Below are positions 12,973 through 24,996 of a stretch of DNA of 64,000 bases, one piece after another. The DNA lies in assembly GCF_000315625.1 (NCBI RefSeq), contig NW_005434500.1, positions 33,793-97,792 on the forward strand. The letters are read 5' to 3'. Numbering within the stretch: position 1 is the first letter of the stretch; each line of letters starts with the position of its first letter. The stretch comes from Guillardia theta CCMP2712 (lineage: Eukaryota; Protista; Cryptophyta). A program made the position numbers and the translations under genes. Under the pieces are notes generated by a model, which was not told where the DNA came from, made no database searches, and saw nothing but the letters and a program-made list of their open reading frames with translations.

Positions 12973-15637
12973 ATGCCGGCAGCGCGTAAGAGAGGAGCGC
13001 TGCTGCTGACTGCTCTGCTCCTTCTGTGGGCTCTAGTGCAGATTGCCTTCTGGTACTGGCTCCAAGGCAAAGGAAGCAGGGCGAGACGCGCTGTGCAAGT
13101 TCGAGTGGTGGAGGACAAGGCCATGGTGGAGATCGTCGGTCAATCGGAGGACGAGAAGGTCTGGTTCACCAGGGACGGCACCCAGCCCAATCCTTCCTCG
13201 TCCGAGGTCTACCATGGAGCCTTCTTGCTGCGGCAGGGCATATGGACGATTAGCGCTGCAGCATGGAGGGGAGGGAAGAGGGTGGGGCATGTGGTACGGA
13301 CCAGGAGGATAGTGTGCAGGAGAGGGGAAAACTTTCTTGTGAGCTGCAGGGTGAGGAACTCTACAGGGCCTGCGAGCCTTTCCTGGAGGACATGCAGCCT
13401 GGAGCTGAACCGGCGGCTGCGAGAGGTGAAGGACGTGCTGGTGGAGGAGAACGTGACGATCCACTCGATCTCGGAGGAGAGGTAACGCAAGCGTACGAGG
13501 GAGGGGTCGCTGACATGCTTTTCCTCCGCAGGAAGCCGCGCATGCAGCTCAAGGTGGTGGGCTCGACTATGGATGAAGCATGCAGGACTGCGCTGTCCTC
13601 AGATTGGTCGGAGTGCCGCGGCCTCACTGGGTCGTCTTCTCCTCCTCCTCTCCCGCTCCTCGCCTTCCGCATCTCCTACGTCGCGAGCATCGAGTGCGGA
13701 TTCATCGGGATGAGGATGAGGGACGGGGAGCTCGGCTATGGGGGGCTGCCGATGGACAGGAGCAGGTTCTTCCGGCACGATCCTTCTCTCCCCCTTCCTG
13801 TCTACGACGTGATGGAGGAGGAGGAGGAGGGAGGAGGCGGGAGGGCTCGTCTGCTCTCCTACGACGAGCTTGCGATGATTCCCCTTGCCGACATGCCAGG
13901 TGAAGACTCATGGCATCAGCTGCTCCCCAGGCTCCTATGGATGATGCACATCCTTCCAGCTACCGTCAAGTTCCTGCTGCCTCCTCCTCAAGGAGCCCTG
14001 CGGGACATCCTCTCCCTCCTCGCGCAGGAGAGCCTCCAGGAGCTCTTCGATGCCTCCCGCCTCGTCTTGTGGTCTCCAAACTTCTTCGTCGCCCAACGGC
14101 TCTACTTCTATGGGGAGTCTCCCTTCCTTCGCTCCTCATCCCCCCGAAAGAGACTTCCTCCTCCTCCTCCCCTCCTCCTCCGTAACTGCCGGGCGGTTCT
14201 CCGGAGCCTCCCTGGTCTCAGAGCCCTCGACTCCTACCTCCTCCTCGTCCCTCACGGCTACTTCGACTGGGACCCAGATAACCTGCAGCAGGCAGCTCTT
14301 GCCTTGTCTGTCTTCCTCCGGCGTGGTCCCATCCGCTACCGGGTGGTGGAGGAGGGGAGGGAGAGAATCGAGCTACCGCAGGACGGAGAGGGAGCTCAGT
14401 CCGAGGAGGGTAAAAACTTCCGTCCTCACTCTCCCCTCCTCTCCCTCCTCTCCCTCTTTGCCGAAGCTCGCGCCGTCATCGGCGTGCATGGCAGGATGCT
14501 CGGGTACATCCTCTGGTGCTCCCCGGGCACGAGCGTGATCGAGATCGGACCCTCTACCCAGCTGGCAAGCTACAAGGAGGAAGGGGAGCCGCAGGAGCTG
14601 CGGGGAAGGCCGTGGGACAGTCGCTATCATGAGCTAGCGGCGGCCCTCAACATCCGTTTCTCAATCCTCCCCGCAAGCTGGACGAACTCCTTCTCCTCCC
14701 TTCCTTCTTCCCTTCCGCCTCCCTCCTCCGCTCCCTCCTCCGCTCCTTCCTCCTTGCCGTCCTCCGTCGCCATCGACGTTCGTCTCCTCCTTCTATGGCT
14801 CGTCGATGAGTTCGAAGATGGGGAGTCTGAAGTCGTCCTGCCAATTAGCAGCCGAACTCTCTGCGAAGATCGCGGGATGAATCTTGCGCTGCGAGGCAGG
14901 ACGAGGTCGTCGGGCGGGGAGGTCGGGCATGAGGGGGACAAGACTGTGGACGGAAAGCTGGAGACAGCATGGGAGACGTACGGGGACGATGACCACTGGA
15001 TCGAAGTCGAGCTGCGTGAGAGGGGGAGTGCGTGCGGTGTGCTGGTGGAATGGGGCTCGACGCTTCCCAGCTCCTTTCGCGTCCTGCTCTCCACAGTAGG
15101 AGGGTGGCCGGAGAAGGAGCAGCAGGACGCGTCTCCCTTCGATCTAACCCGCGTGCGAGATCGTCTGTTGGAGAGGAGGAGCAGGGAGATCGGTCATCTG
15201 TTGCTGCTTCCTCCTACTGGAATTGACGATCAATACTCGCAGATGACCCGCTGAACGCGTCGCTGCTTGTCAGACGCTCCCTCCTGTCCTTGCAGGAATC
15301 TTCTCCTCCCCTGTGCTCGTTCACCTGCTCTCCGCTCCTCCGCTTCTTCCTTGCGAGGAATGGGTGAGAATCTTTCCCTTCCTGCTGACCTCGTCTCCCT
15401 GCTCTTGTGGACTCGCAACCTGTCTTGTGCCCCTCCGCTTGTCTGACTTTCTCACTTCCCTCCCTCATCTTCCTTCACAGCATCAAGGCAAACTCGACAG
15501 AAGACTGCAGGCACTCAAAGCTCTGTGCACTCAGATGTGAAGGAAGCGGGGAAGGTCGAGGATGCGTTTGTACCTGGCAGGAGCAGCTGTACAGATCACC
15601 AGAGCGATTGCGCCCTGTCAACCTGACGGAGAGGTAG
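12973..15637 (+). CDS. type II membrane glycosyltransferase 61-like protein with Fn3-associated (CHB_HEX_C-like) and F5/8 type C domains; multi-exon
   Basis: N-terminal TM; VWFTRDGTQPNPSSSEVYHGAF (Fn3_assoc); intron 13482-13531; SWHQLLPRL and LFAEARAVIGVHG...WCSPGTSVIEI...YHELAAALNI (GT61); NLALRG...TVDGKLETAW...HWIEVEL...VEW (F5/8C). 3' end approximate. Confidence 0.75.
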
Positions 15638-15654
15638 AAGAAGACAGTGAGATG

Positions 15655-18298
15655 TTAATGCGAGTTCAAGTGATGTGATGCTGAGATTCTTGAAGTTGTA
15701 GGGAGTATGAAAGAGGAAGGTGGGGAAAGGAAAGCGAGAAGAGGAGAGGGGGTGAAGTAGGTAGAAGTTTTGAGAGGAGTTAGATGGAGACGAGAAGAGG
15801 AGGAGTGGAGGTAGTTGACTCCTGCTGTCAGGGTCTGGAAGGAAGCGTACACGTCAAACAAACTTGATGCCTCATCGTCGACATGGGATGACAGGATGTA
15901 CATCTTCAACGAGAGAATCCTCACAGACAAGTTCAAGCTGCTCCTCACAAGGTCTCCTCCTCCTTCTCCTCCTTCAAAGTCTAATCCCTCATCGCTGTCG
16001 CTGACTTGTCCTCTCCTGTTGCGCTGACTTCCTTCCACCGCAGTCAAATTGGTGTCGAAGTCCGCGAGATCTGCCTGCTCTCATGCTAAAAAGATCCTAC
16101 GACCACCACCATCTCCTCCTCCACCTCCTCTTCCTCCTGCTTGCATTTTGGCATTTGCTCGTTTCACTTCATGCTTAAATTTCACGCAAGTGACGCTGCT
16201 CGAGCAGCTGGCGCTCAACAAGCAAGCCGCTCCCCTCCAGGACTTCTGTTCCTCCGGCTCTTCTTCCCCTTGTCCTTCTGGGGAGCAGGCGCGCTACGCC
16301 TTCTCCGTCACTGTTTCACTCTCCAGCAGATGTCGTCTCCTCTCCTCTCCTCTCCTTCCCTTCCGTGAGACCCTCACCGCCTTTCTCGCAATGGCCTCCT
16401 CGACCAGCACGCTCCTCCTCGTCTCCTCAAAAAATACTTTCGAGCCCTCAAGCTCCTGCGTCAGAACGCGGTCGTGGCAGGGCAGTGAGAGAAGAGATAG
16501 TCATAATTGCCCACGTCCATGTCCCCATCGCAAACGTCCACGTCACCCTCGCCCAAACTGTCCAGCACAACATCAGCTGCCTTCCTCCACCTGTTGCCTC
16601 CTCACCTGCTCCAAACATGCTCGGGTTCATCGTGACTGTCCGCTATGCCCTTCTCCTTCTTGATGATCGAGCCACCATCGACTAGTTCTGAACGTTCGTT
16701 ATCCCAAAACCCTCAGCTCAGCCTCGCACCTCTTCGCTTCGCCTCCTCCGGTCTTGACGAGGGGCCCAAACTCCTCGCCAGCTCCTCTCTCAAGTCTTCT
16801 GAGGGTGAACTGCGAGACTTATGAGACGGGCCAACCACTCCAGTCATGCCTCACCCATGCTTGCTCATGTGTAGCTCGTAGAACCCGCTCTGCTCCTGTA
16901 CGTCCAGTCAATCTCTGCGTCCTTTCCTGACTGCAGCGTGTCACCTTCCTATCCGAAGACATATAATAGAGATCGTCCTCAAAGCCGTCTTTCATCGCGT
17001 TCTGTCGCTGCTCATGCATTGAGAAGAGGCAAGAACGGCCCTGAACAACTCACCAGATACTCATCGTATTTGTCAAAGCACTGCTCAAGGATCTGCCGGA
17101 GATGAGCTGGGATCTCCTGCCCTTCGCACGGAAGTCCTCGGGCCTTGCGTATCAGCTTGTTGCTCAGCCATCGGAAGCCAGCCGAGAGAGCAGCTTCTGC
17201 TCCTTCCAGCTTCATGGCAGACGTCTGCAGCAACCCATCCACAGTCTTCTGCATCCCAGCCATCTCCGAGTCGGACTGCGATGACGTCATACAAAAGGCT
17301 TCATGGCTATCGTCAACCTGGCGGAGCTCACGGAGCAGTTTTTCTCTTTCGTAAATGAGCGACATGTTGAGAGATCTATATGTGTTTTGAGCCAACGACT
17401 TGAATAACCCTTGTGAGAATACCTCAAAGATGCATTCTCTTCCATGAGGTGATGTACATGTCTCTGCGATTCTTCCTCATCCATCAGCTTGCCTGTTGTC
17501 GCCTATACACAAAGTGAGTCTTAATGTCGATCGTCCCATCTAAGTTCACCTGGACCTCCTCCTCCTGCTCCCACTCCTCTTCCTCCAACACAATCGCAGC
17601 CACAGGATTCCCTGTAGAGCTCTCCGATGGCTGATCACGAGTGCTTTAGAAGCACATCGCATCACATCTAGAAGTAGTTCACCATTGGCGATTGCCAGGA
17701 CATGGAAGAATTCTGAGTTGAAGGAGCTGCGGACATTCCTGGCAGGTACGCCCCCCCCATCCCAGGCTTCGACTTGCATGTCTTCTTCGGCTTCCTGGCG
17801 AGCTGAGAGGGGAGACTGACAGAACTGATTGAGGATACGGGAGTGGAAACTTCCACATTCCCTGCAGAAAGTGAGAAGGCAAAGCAAGGAATGGCTCCCT
17901 TGTACCATTGCCCGGAAGCTCGACAGGATCAGACGGGTTCGATCTCTTGTGCCCTCGAGGCCTGGAGCGACAGTCAGATTTTCAACTCCAATCTAGCTGA
18001 AGCCTTTTACCTCCCAGGTCCTGCTGGCCTAGATGGTCTTCTCACGTTGTCCCACTCTTCCCGAAAATCCGCGATACGCTGCGGGTTGCCACAAGGTCAC
18101 AGGTCGAACCACCCAGTCAGTCTCTCACCTGTCTGATGCGGTCCAGACGCTCTTGCGAGACTCCAAGACCTCGCAGAACCGTTTCACACATGCGGCGATC
18201 CTCCCCATTAGAGATCGTGTCTCGCCAACGCGCTCTACGGAATCCATACCCCGGATTTCCGGGCTTTGCAGCCAAGTTAGCGCCCCGTCCACACCATG
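15655..18298 (-). CDS. hypothetical coiled-coil multi-exon protein
   Basis: E/K/R-rich exons separated by short GT-AG introns. No family recognised. Confidence 0.45.
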
Positions 18299-20786
18299 AG
18301 ACAGTCATGATTCGCACACCTTAGCACGCACGGCAGGCACACGACGACTTTGCTCCTTGTCATAGATCTCATATCCAATCTTGTTGAATTGAAGACGCAT
18401 CAGGCCATTCTTGCCAGCTGCGATATGATTAGCACAAACTTCGACTGCGGCCTCTGACAAAAGACATCAGCATCAACCTGAGTTTCCATCTCGATCTTTG
18501 TCATTGGCATACTCCGGGAAAAGCTCAGAGAACAAATGAAACACAGAGAGCTTCTGATCCACTCCATCCTCCTGGGACGAACGATCATGTAGTGTCCACG
18601 TCAGTGTGAAATTCATCTACCTGTGGAAGAATATCTTCATTGTCGTCTGAGAGCTTCGTCGCGGCCTGAAAAAATGCACGAGCAACTTGCACGGCTCTGC
18701 ATTCCTCATTCGCGTGGTTCGGCATCCTAGCTGTATCTGCGTGGGTCTCGTATGTTGTGCTTATGATAAGAGTCTCAACAAGCTTGCCGATCAATTAAAG
18801 ATTCGGATTCACTCGTTCACGTGAAGTGAACACTGGATATTGGTTCTATCCAGGTCTAGTATCGATGCCAGGTTTGGATGCAAAGATAAGCGGCTAAAGT
18901 GAGTCTGGGAGTCGGTGACAACCTGGCGGCCTCCTACACGGCAGAGGTGCAAATACGTCCGTGGAGGAGGCGAGAGCCGCTTCCGGCTCAGGACAAGGAG
19001 GAGTCGGAGAAAGAAGCAGCAGCAAGAGGTTGGAGGAGAGGAAGGGAGGAAGAGGTCAGCTGTGCGGGAGAGCAGGAGGGAGCAGCCACCTCAACCGCCG
19101 CCGCCAGCATGGCCGCCGGGAACGCGAAGATGGACCGTGACAATGGGGTAGGGTGGGGTTTGTGGATGCCAAGTAGTCTTGTTTGATACGGTATGATTGG
19201 TCAAAAAGAGGGGTAGTCAGAATTTAGGGAGGGTGGTCTGCCAGGGTGAGAGTGGGTGGGGGGGATTTTAGCTGTCCCTGGAGCGAGTTGGGGTGGTATT
19301 TGGACAATAGGGGGTGATGTGAAGCCAAAAGGGTGGGTGGTCGGAGTACGGAAGCTCTCGGGATGGGGTACAAGTCTTAGCAAAGGGGTGGTGATATAGG
19401 AAGGGGTAGCCACCCTCCCCATCCTGCTTGAACGGTCCAGGGTACAAAGAGAGGGTGCAGAGGAAGTTCTGAAACACAGGGGGTGGGGTATGTGATTCTA
19501 TGTGTCCAAAGGGGTGATTTGAAGGGGATTTCTCCGGGTGGGTCCTGGATCCCCAGGGGTTTGAAAGAATGCAGAGGTAGGGTGGAATACGCGGCAGAGA
19601 CATGGTAGGGTAGATTGTTTTGATGGGTAGGGTGGGGAGAACACAAGCTGAGGGATAGGGATTGAGGTCTGGCCTACTTACTTAATGCAGGACCTTGAGA
19701 ATGAGAGCAGGCAAGGGCCATGGGTAGAGAGTTTGCTCACAACGAATTGATGATGGGTAGGGGGTGAGGGGTAGCAATGATTCACAGGGGTAGGGTCCTG
19801 GCCGAGATGTGGGGTGGCCATGTCACTGCGTTTGCAGGAAGTGATCAGGTAGGTGGGACAGGGGTTCTCGCTGGTTTTCCATGGGGTAGTGCATGATCTT
19901 TGTAGGGTGGTCAGAGGGTGGTCCAAGGACTTTGAGGGGTGGATTGTCTAGAATAGGGCGTAATAGCGGGGGGCTTTGAAGACCCGGTGGTTTGAGAAAA
20001 GGGGGGTACAGAGATGATTTAGGGAGGAGTGTGGAGGACATCATGAGAACAAGTGAATAATTTCTTATGATCTGAATTGGGAAATCGGATATGTAGAGCT
20101 ATGTTGAATTCAACCTGAAAAAATAGGTAGGGAGGGAGTGGGGTGAAGGGGTTGATAGACGGTGTAAAATAATTAGTCGACAGACTACCACCCATGAAGT
20201 ACCCGACCCGTCCACATGGAAGTTGGCCTCCTTTTGTCTACCCCCACCCCTACGATTCTCAATCCACCGGTTCAAATCCACAAATTCACCCTACCTTATC
20301 TCTAAAAATGTGTACCACCTATGGATGGGTACCCCCGTGGTAGAGAATTTTGTTTACCACCCACCTTTCCAAGCTCAAACAGACGATCAAATACCCACTC
20401 TCCACTGGTAAGTACCCCACCCTCACCCATCAACAAGCTCTGCAATCTTCTGACCTCTTCAGAACCTAGCGGTCGACCTGTGCCATTCAGTGTGGCGCCT
20501 TCAAGTCAGATAGTTGAGGTCCCTGTCACGCTTCCCCACAACCCCCCACCCCCTTGAATTTTAAAATCCTTTACCCCTGATGAAGATTAATTCGAGTTAG
20601 TGGGGTGGGGTTCAAAGAAGCTTGTTTATAACACTTGTATATAGCCCCAAATCAACGCTTCAGTGTTTTCATGGACAGCGCTTTTAAAAAAAGTTTCAAA
20701 AAGCGCTATTTCGATTAAAATGGGTCACATCTTGAGTTGTCAGGGCGAAAAATAGATGCGACTCCGAGAGCGAAGCCTAAATGTAA

Positions 20787-20870
20787 ATCTGAGGCGCGCC
20801 TGGTAGAGGCATTGGCGGGCTAAAAGAGATCTGAGGCGCGCCTGGTAGAGGCATTGGCGGGCTAAAAGAG
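20787..20870. repeat. perfect 42-bp tandem duplication directly 3' of tRNA-Leu
   Basis: ATCTGAGGCGCGCCTGGTAGAGGCATTGGCGGGCTAAAAGAG occurs at 20787 and 20829. Confidence 0.95.
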
Positions 20871-20871
20871 A

Positions 20872-20955
20872 TGGTGGCGGTGGGGTTCGAACCCACGCCT
20901 TCATACGAAGAAGAGAACTTGAGTCTCCCGCCTTAGACCGCTCGGCCACGCCACC
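20872..20955 (-). tRNA. trnL-CAA: tRNA-Leu(CAA)
   Basis: The minus strand reads GGTGGCGTGGCCGAGCGGTCTAAGGCGGGAGACTCAAGTTCTCT...GGGTTCGAACCCCACCGCCACCA. It has a 7-bp acceptor stem, A and B boxes, a long variable arm and a CAA anticodon. Confidence 0.96.
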
Positions 20956-21249
20956 GCAAGAAAACCGTGAGTGTGAGAGTTGATAAAGTTAGAAATCATG
21001 GCGACGATTGCAAACACGATGATGATACGACATGAGGCTCAAGACGATGATACGACATGAGATAGAAGAATGATCATCATATGCATGTAGTAGGGAAGTT
21101 GCATGATAATGAGTTGAAGGTAGCAAGTCTCGTCCAAAAGGCTGAGGGTAAAGTTGAAACGACCAATCTTCTTGACAGAACGAAAATGAAAAGAAAACGT
21201 GCAAGAGGCTGTTTAGTTCGTGCTCTTACACATGAATGTATAGTTCTCA

Positions 21250-22513
21250 ATCTTGCACCAGCTTTGCTGCAAAGGAGATGACCTGAAGGTCTTGTCCTCT
21301 GAGTGAAAGATCATTCCCCCAGTCCTCTCTCAGCCTCGTAAAGGAGACCATCTGCCCGAATACTCACAGGCAGCAGCTCAGCCCTCAGTCTCCTCTCCTT
21401 ACCTCAAACCCCATCGCCATCAAAACCTGTAAACGTTGTTACACACTGGCATGCAAAAACGTTGCTTGATGACATGCGTTACAAGATTGCTACATCTCCC
21501 TCCAACTCTTGCTGCCTCGCAGTGCGTATATCCCTCTCCTCTACCTTGACTCGTTCATCTTCATCTATCCACTTCTCCTCTGCTCGTCCTGCATCTTGCT
21601 AGGCAGGATCCATTCAACATATCCACGTCCTCCTCTTACCTGTGTCAGTTCTTCCTCGTCAAGCAGTATGGTGGAGTGAGGATGGTAGAGCAGCGGTCCC
21701 ACATTGATCCAGCTCCCTCCCCTGCTCTCTTCGTCATGCTGTTTGCCGCCTCTTTCAGCCCCACCAACCTCTTGAGCACGCTCTTGATGACCATCATGAC
21801 ATCCGTCGCATCCTCAGTGGCATCGAGGAAGAAGGAGGTCACAACAGCGTCGAAGCCTCCGCTGAAGCTGAGCAGCTCGTCACTGTCCTCTTCCTTCCGT
21901 CTGCTACTACCGCGCATGACGATATGTGGAGACGAACTCTCCTAACCGCAAGCGCAACGTCCCTGCTCCAGCTCCCCCTCCTGCCCAAGGGTTAGCTCTT
22001 TGTCATGCCCTGATCTTGTCGTCGCCTCTTCCTCGCAGCTCTTCCACATCGGGCAAGAGCACCTTGCGCGTCTTTTGCTTCAAGCTCCATCCCCATGCCT
22101 ATTCTCGCGCCTCCATCAGTGCAGGGAAGGACAAGAAGAGGAGGATGTACCGCTGGAACCAGCAGGTGAGGACACATGCTGCCGTATCGTCAGATCAGAT
22201 CGCAACAGACTAACAGTTACCATGATGAAGCCCGATCATCTTGTTGCTCTGCCTCCTCCTCCTCCTGCACCTGCACCTCCTCCTGTTCCTGCCTTTCTCC
22301 CTCTTGCCCGAAATCGTGCTTGCTGAAGGCAGCGATGTCGCTCCTTCCTCTGTTCTCCATTTCTTGGACTCGGTTTATCATCGACCTGGCAGCCTTGTCT
22401 AGCATCAGATCTGGCCTTTCCTTTCCCACATCATCATCTCCACCATCATCTCCACCATCATCTCCACCATAACCACCATCTCCATCGCCTCCATCATCAT
22501 CTCCACCATCATC

Positions 22514-22581
<68 letters not shown>

Positions 22582-23482
22582 NNNNNNNNNNNNNNNNNNN
22601 NNNNNNNNNNNNNNNNNNNNNNNNNNNNNNNNNNNNNNNNNNNNNNNNNNNNNNNNNNNNNNNNNNNNNNNNNNNNNNNNNATTGCAGGTTTCTTCCTCC
22701 TGCATGCAGGCATCCCAATGCTCTTCAAACGGACGAAGGAGTTCTTGGAGGACCTAATCAAAGTATATCAGTTGCTGAGCCCTCCTCCTCCCTCCATCAT
22801 TCCCTTCGTCACTCCCTTCTCTCCCTTCCCCCACTCTCTCTCTCCTCCTCCTCCTTCCCTCAACCCTGACTCTCCCTATCGACCTTCTCGTCCTCCTGAT
22901 AATACCAGGAGGTTCCTATCGAAGCACTCTAGAACCTCCTCGTTGCGAGTCTTGATCAATTCAACCTCGTTGAATGTCATTGGATATCAGGGGACCGCAT
23001 GCGTTACAATCTCAGTCATGTCCTTCACGAAGCTCTCGGACTTGATAAGGTCGGATATCTGCATCACTGATCATTCTCCTTAGCATCTCAATCATCTCAA
23101 TCATCGCCGTCTCCATCTCCATCTCCGTCATCTCCATTTGTCGGCATCATAATATTCATCATGGTAGTTGTCACCTTAGTTGTCTTCTTCTCTAGCATCT
23201 CAGCCACTCGCATCATCTCTTTCCTGTCGTCTTTCTTCACACAAGTTTCACTTGCTCCAGCACTACCTCATCTCTCCCGTCTGTATGGCCAGTGCCTGCG
23301 CACATGCTCCATAGCGCATTTGGGACAGGACCTCTACCTCTCCGTCTCCTCCGTCTCCTGCTGTACCCACACCGTAAGATCTGAGGTTTAAAGGCGACGT
23401 TGTCACCTGCTTGACGAGAGACGGAGAGAACAGGAAACAGCACAAGGAGAAGGAGAGCGAAGAGGTAGCAGGACGAGGACAT
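21250..23482 (-). CDS. N2227/carnosine N-methyltransferase (CARNMT1)-like SAM methyltransferase, multi-exon, spans the N gap
   Basis: FDAVVTSFFLDA...IKSVLK...GSWINVGPLLYH matches the N2227 motif FDxVxTxFFxD...LKxGGxWINxGPLLYH. It has a hydrophobic N-terminus and a poly-Asp tract from (CAT)n. Confidence 0.75.
22430..22581. repeat. (CAT)n / degenerate trinucleotide tract (poly-Asp on minus strand)
   Basis: Direct reading; runs into the gap. Confidence 0.9.
22582..22681. other. assembly gap (100 N)
   Basis: Run of N characters. Confidence 1.
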
Positions 23483-23849
23483 GCGGGAGGAGGAGGAGGA
23501 GGAGCTGGTGGTTTTCACGTCTTGCTTGCCCTTGCCTCGAGCATCTCCATCTCAAAACCGCGATCCGGCTAATCATCCGAAGTAAATTTTCGTAGGACAT
23601 CGGGTCCTGCCAATAATCTCAGCGCGGGAGGGATTCAGCCGCCTGTGGGGAAGTGGCACAGAAGGTGAGTGTGCCGACAGACGGACGGACGGACAGAACA
23701 TGGCAGACAGACAAGAAGGAAGGAAAGAAGGAAGGAAGGCAGATAGAGAGACAGAGAGAGACAGAGAGAGAGCTTGTGGGAGTGGAAGGAAAGGAAAGGA
23801 GGAGGGAGATTATTCCGACTATCACCGCCCCCCCCCCGTGACATGTGTA

Positions 23850-24683
23850 TCCATGTAATCTTCTCGAGTTTGTAATGGATGTAGTTCGGTACGGTATCGG
23901 GAGAGAAAGCAAAGGCCGTCAAGCAAGAATCGGCTCTATCCTTCAGCCTGCACTCCTCCTTCTATCTTCTTCTTCCCTGCGTTCGGGTCTGGTTCTGATT
24001 TCCATATCACGACTCCGAGGTGCTGCATGTACAGATGGCTGGGGCCGGCTGTCAGTCAGGAACAAACCATGTCAGGTAGGTTGCTCACAGGAAATGTCTG
24101 GCCTCGCACTGGATTGAGAACCCAAAAGATCTCCCTACAAGAACGTGCCATGTTGGTCCGATACGCCTCTCGAGCAGCGTCTTGATGAAACAGGCGATCC
24201 TGTCCTCGTCATAGTCGGGCATGTGCCTGAGCAAGCCAGTGAGCGAAGCCGGAAACGCATGCATGAGAGTCTGACATGTCAAGAGCCAAGGCAACGATGT
24301 TGGTGATCTTTCTCTGATTCTCCATGGTCATGTAATGATCTCCTCCTCCTGCATTTCAAGCGTCGAAATAGAATCGAGAGGACTCAAGCCCGCACCGTCA
24401 TCGCTCGGCCCACTTCCTTCGTTCTTAATCACAGCCTTGTAGGTTGGAGTGAAGATTTCAATCTGATCCATGAGCCTTTGCCTGCCAGTACAAGCTGAGA
24501 AAACAAAAGCACATCATGCTCGTTTTTATCATAACCTGTCTTCCATCACATATTTCTTTCTTATCGAACCAATCTTCTTTTCATACTTCCAAAATCTGAG
24601 ACTTGGTCAGTCGTTCCAAGTGCTGAGACCAACTCACTCGATCAGTTCGTTTCCTTCTCCCGTCGGGTTTTTCTCTGTCGTCA
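23850..24683 (-). CDS. dynein light chain type 1 (LC8-family) domain protein with N-terminal extension; multi-exon
   Basis: DRIACFIKTLLERRIGPTWHVLVGRSFGFSI matches LC8 DIAxxIKKxFDxxYGPTWHCIVGxxFGS. Limits approximate. Confidence 0.75.
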
Positions 24684-24996
24684 TTTTGTCGGCGACTGAG
24701 CCTCCAGGGAGCTGGCGCGGCGTTGATAAGAGGGGGATCATGCAGGGTTGACGCACACAACCTTCTTCTCAGTGTTTGTCCAGAAGATCGCCTGGAGCCA
24801 TCTGTCAGCGTCGTGGGGGCAGGTGAGGGCGCAATGACCTTGTGGAGCAGCTGTGCCTTGAGAGATTTGATTCTCCACCTACAAGGAAGGTCAGGGTGAT
24901 GGCAACCCCCAGCTGCACGTCGAACTGAAAGATGCCATTGGAAGGGTCGTGACAGGGCCCAACCTCGACCATCCTCGCTACTTCATTCATCTGACT

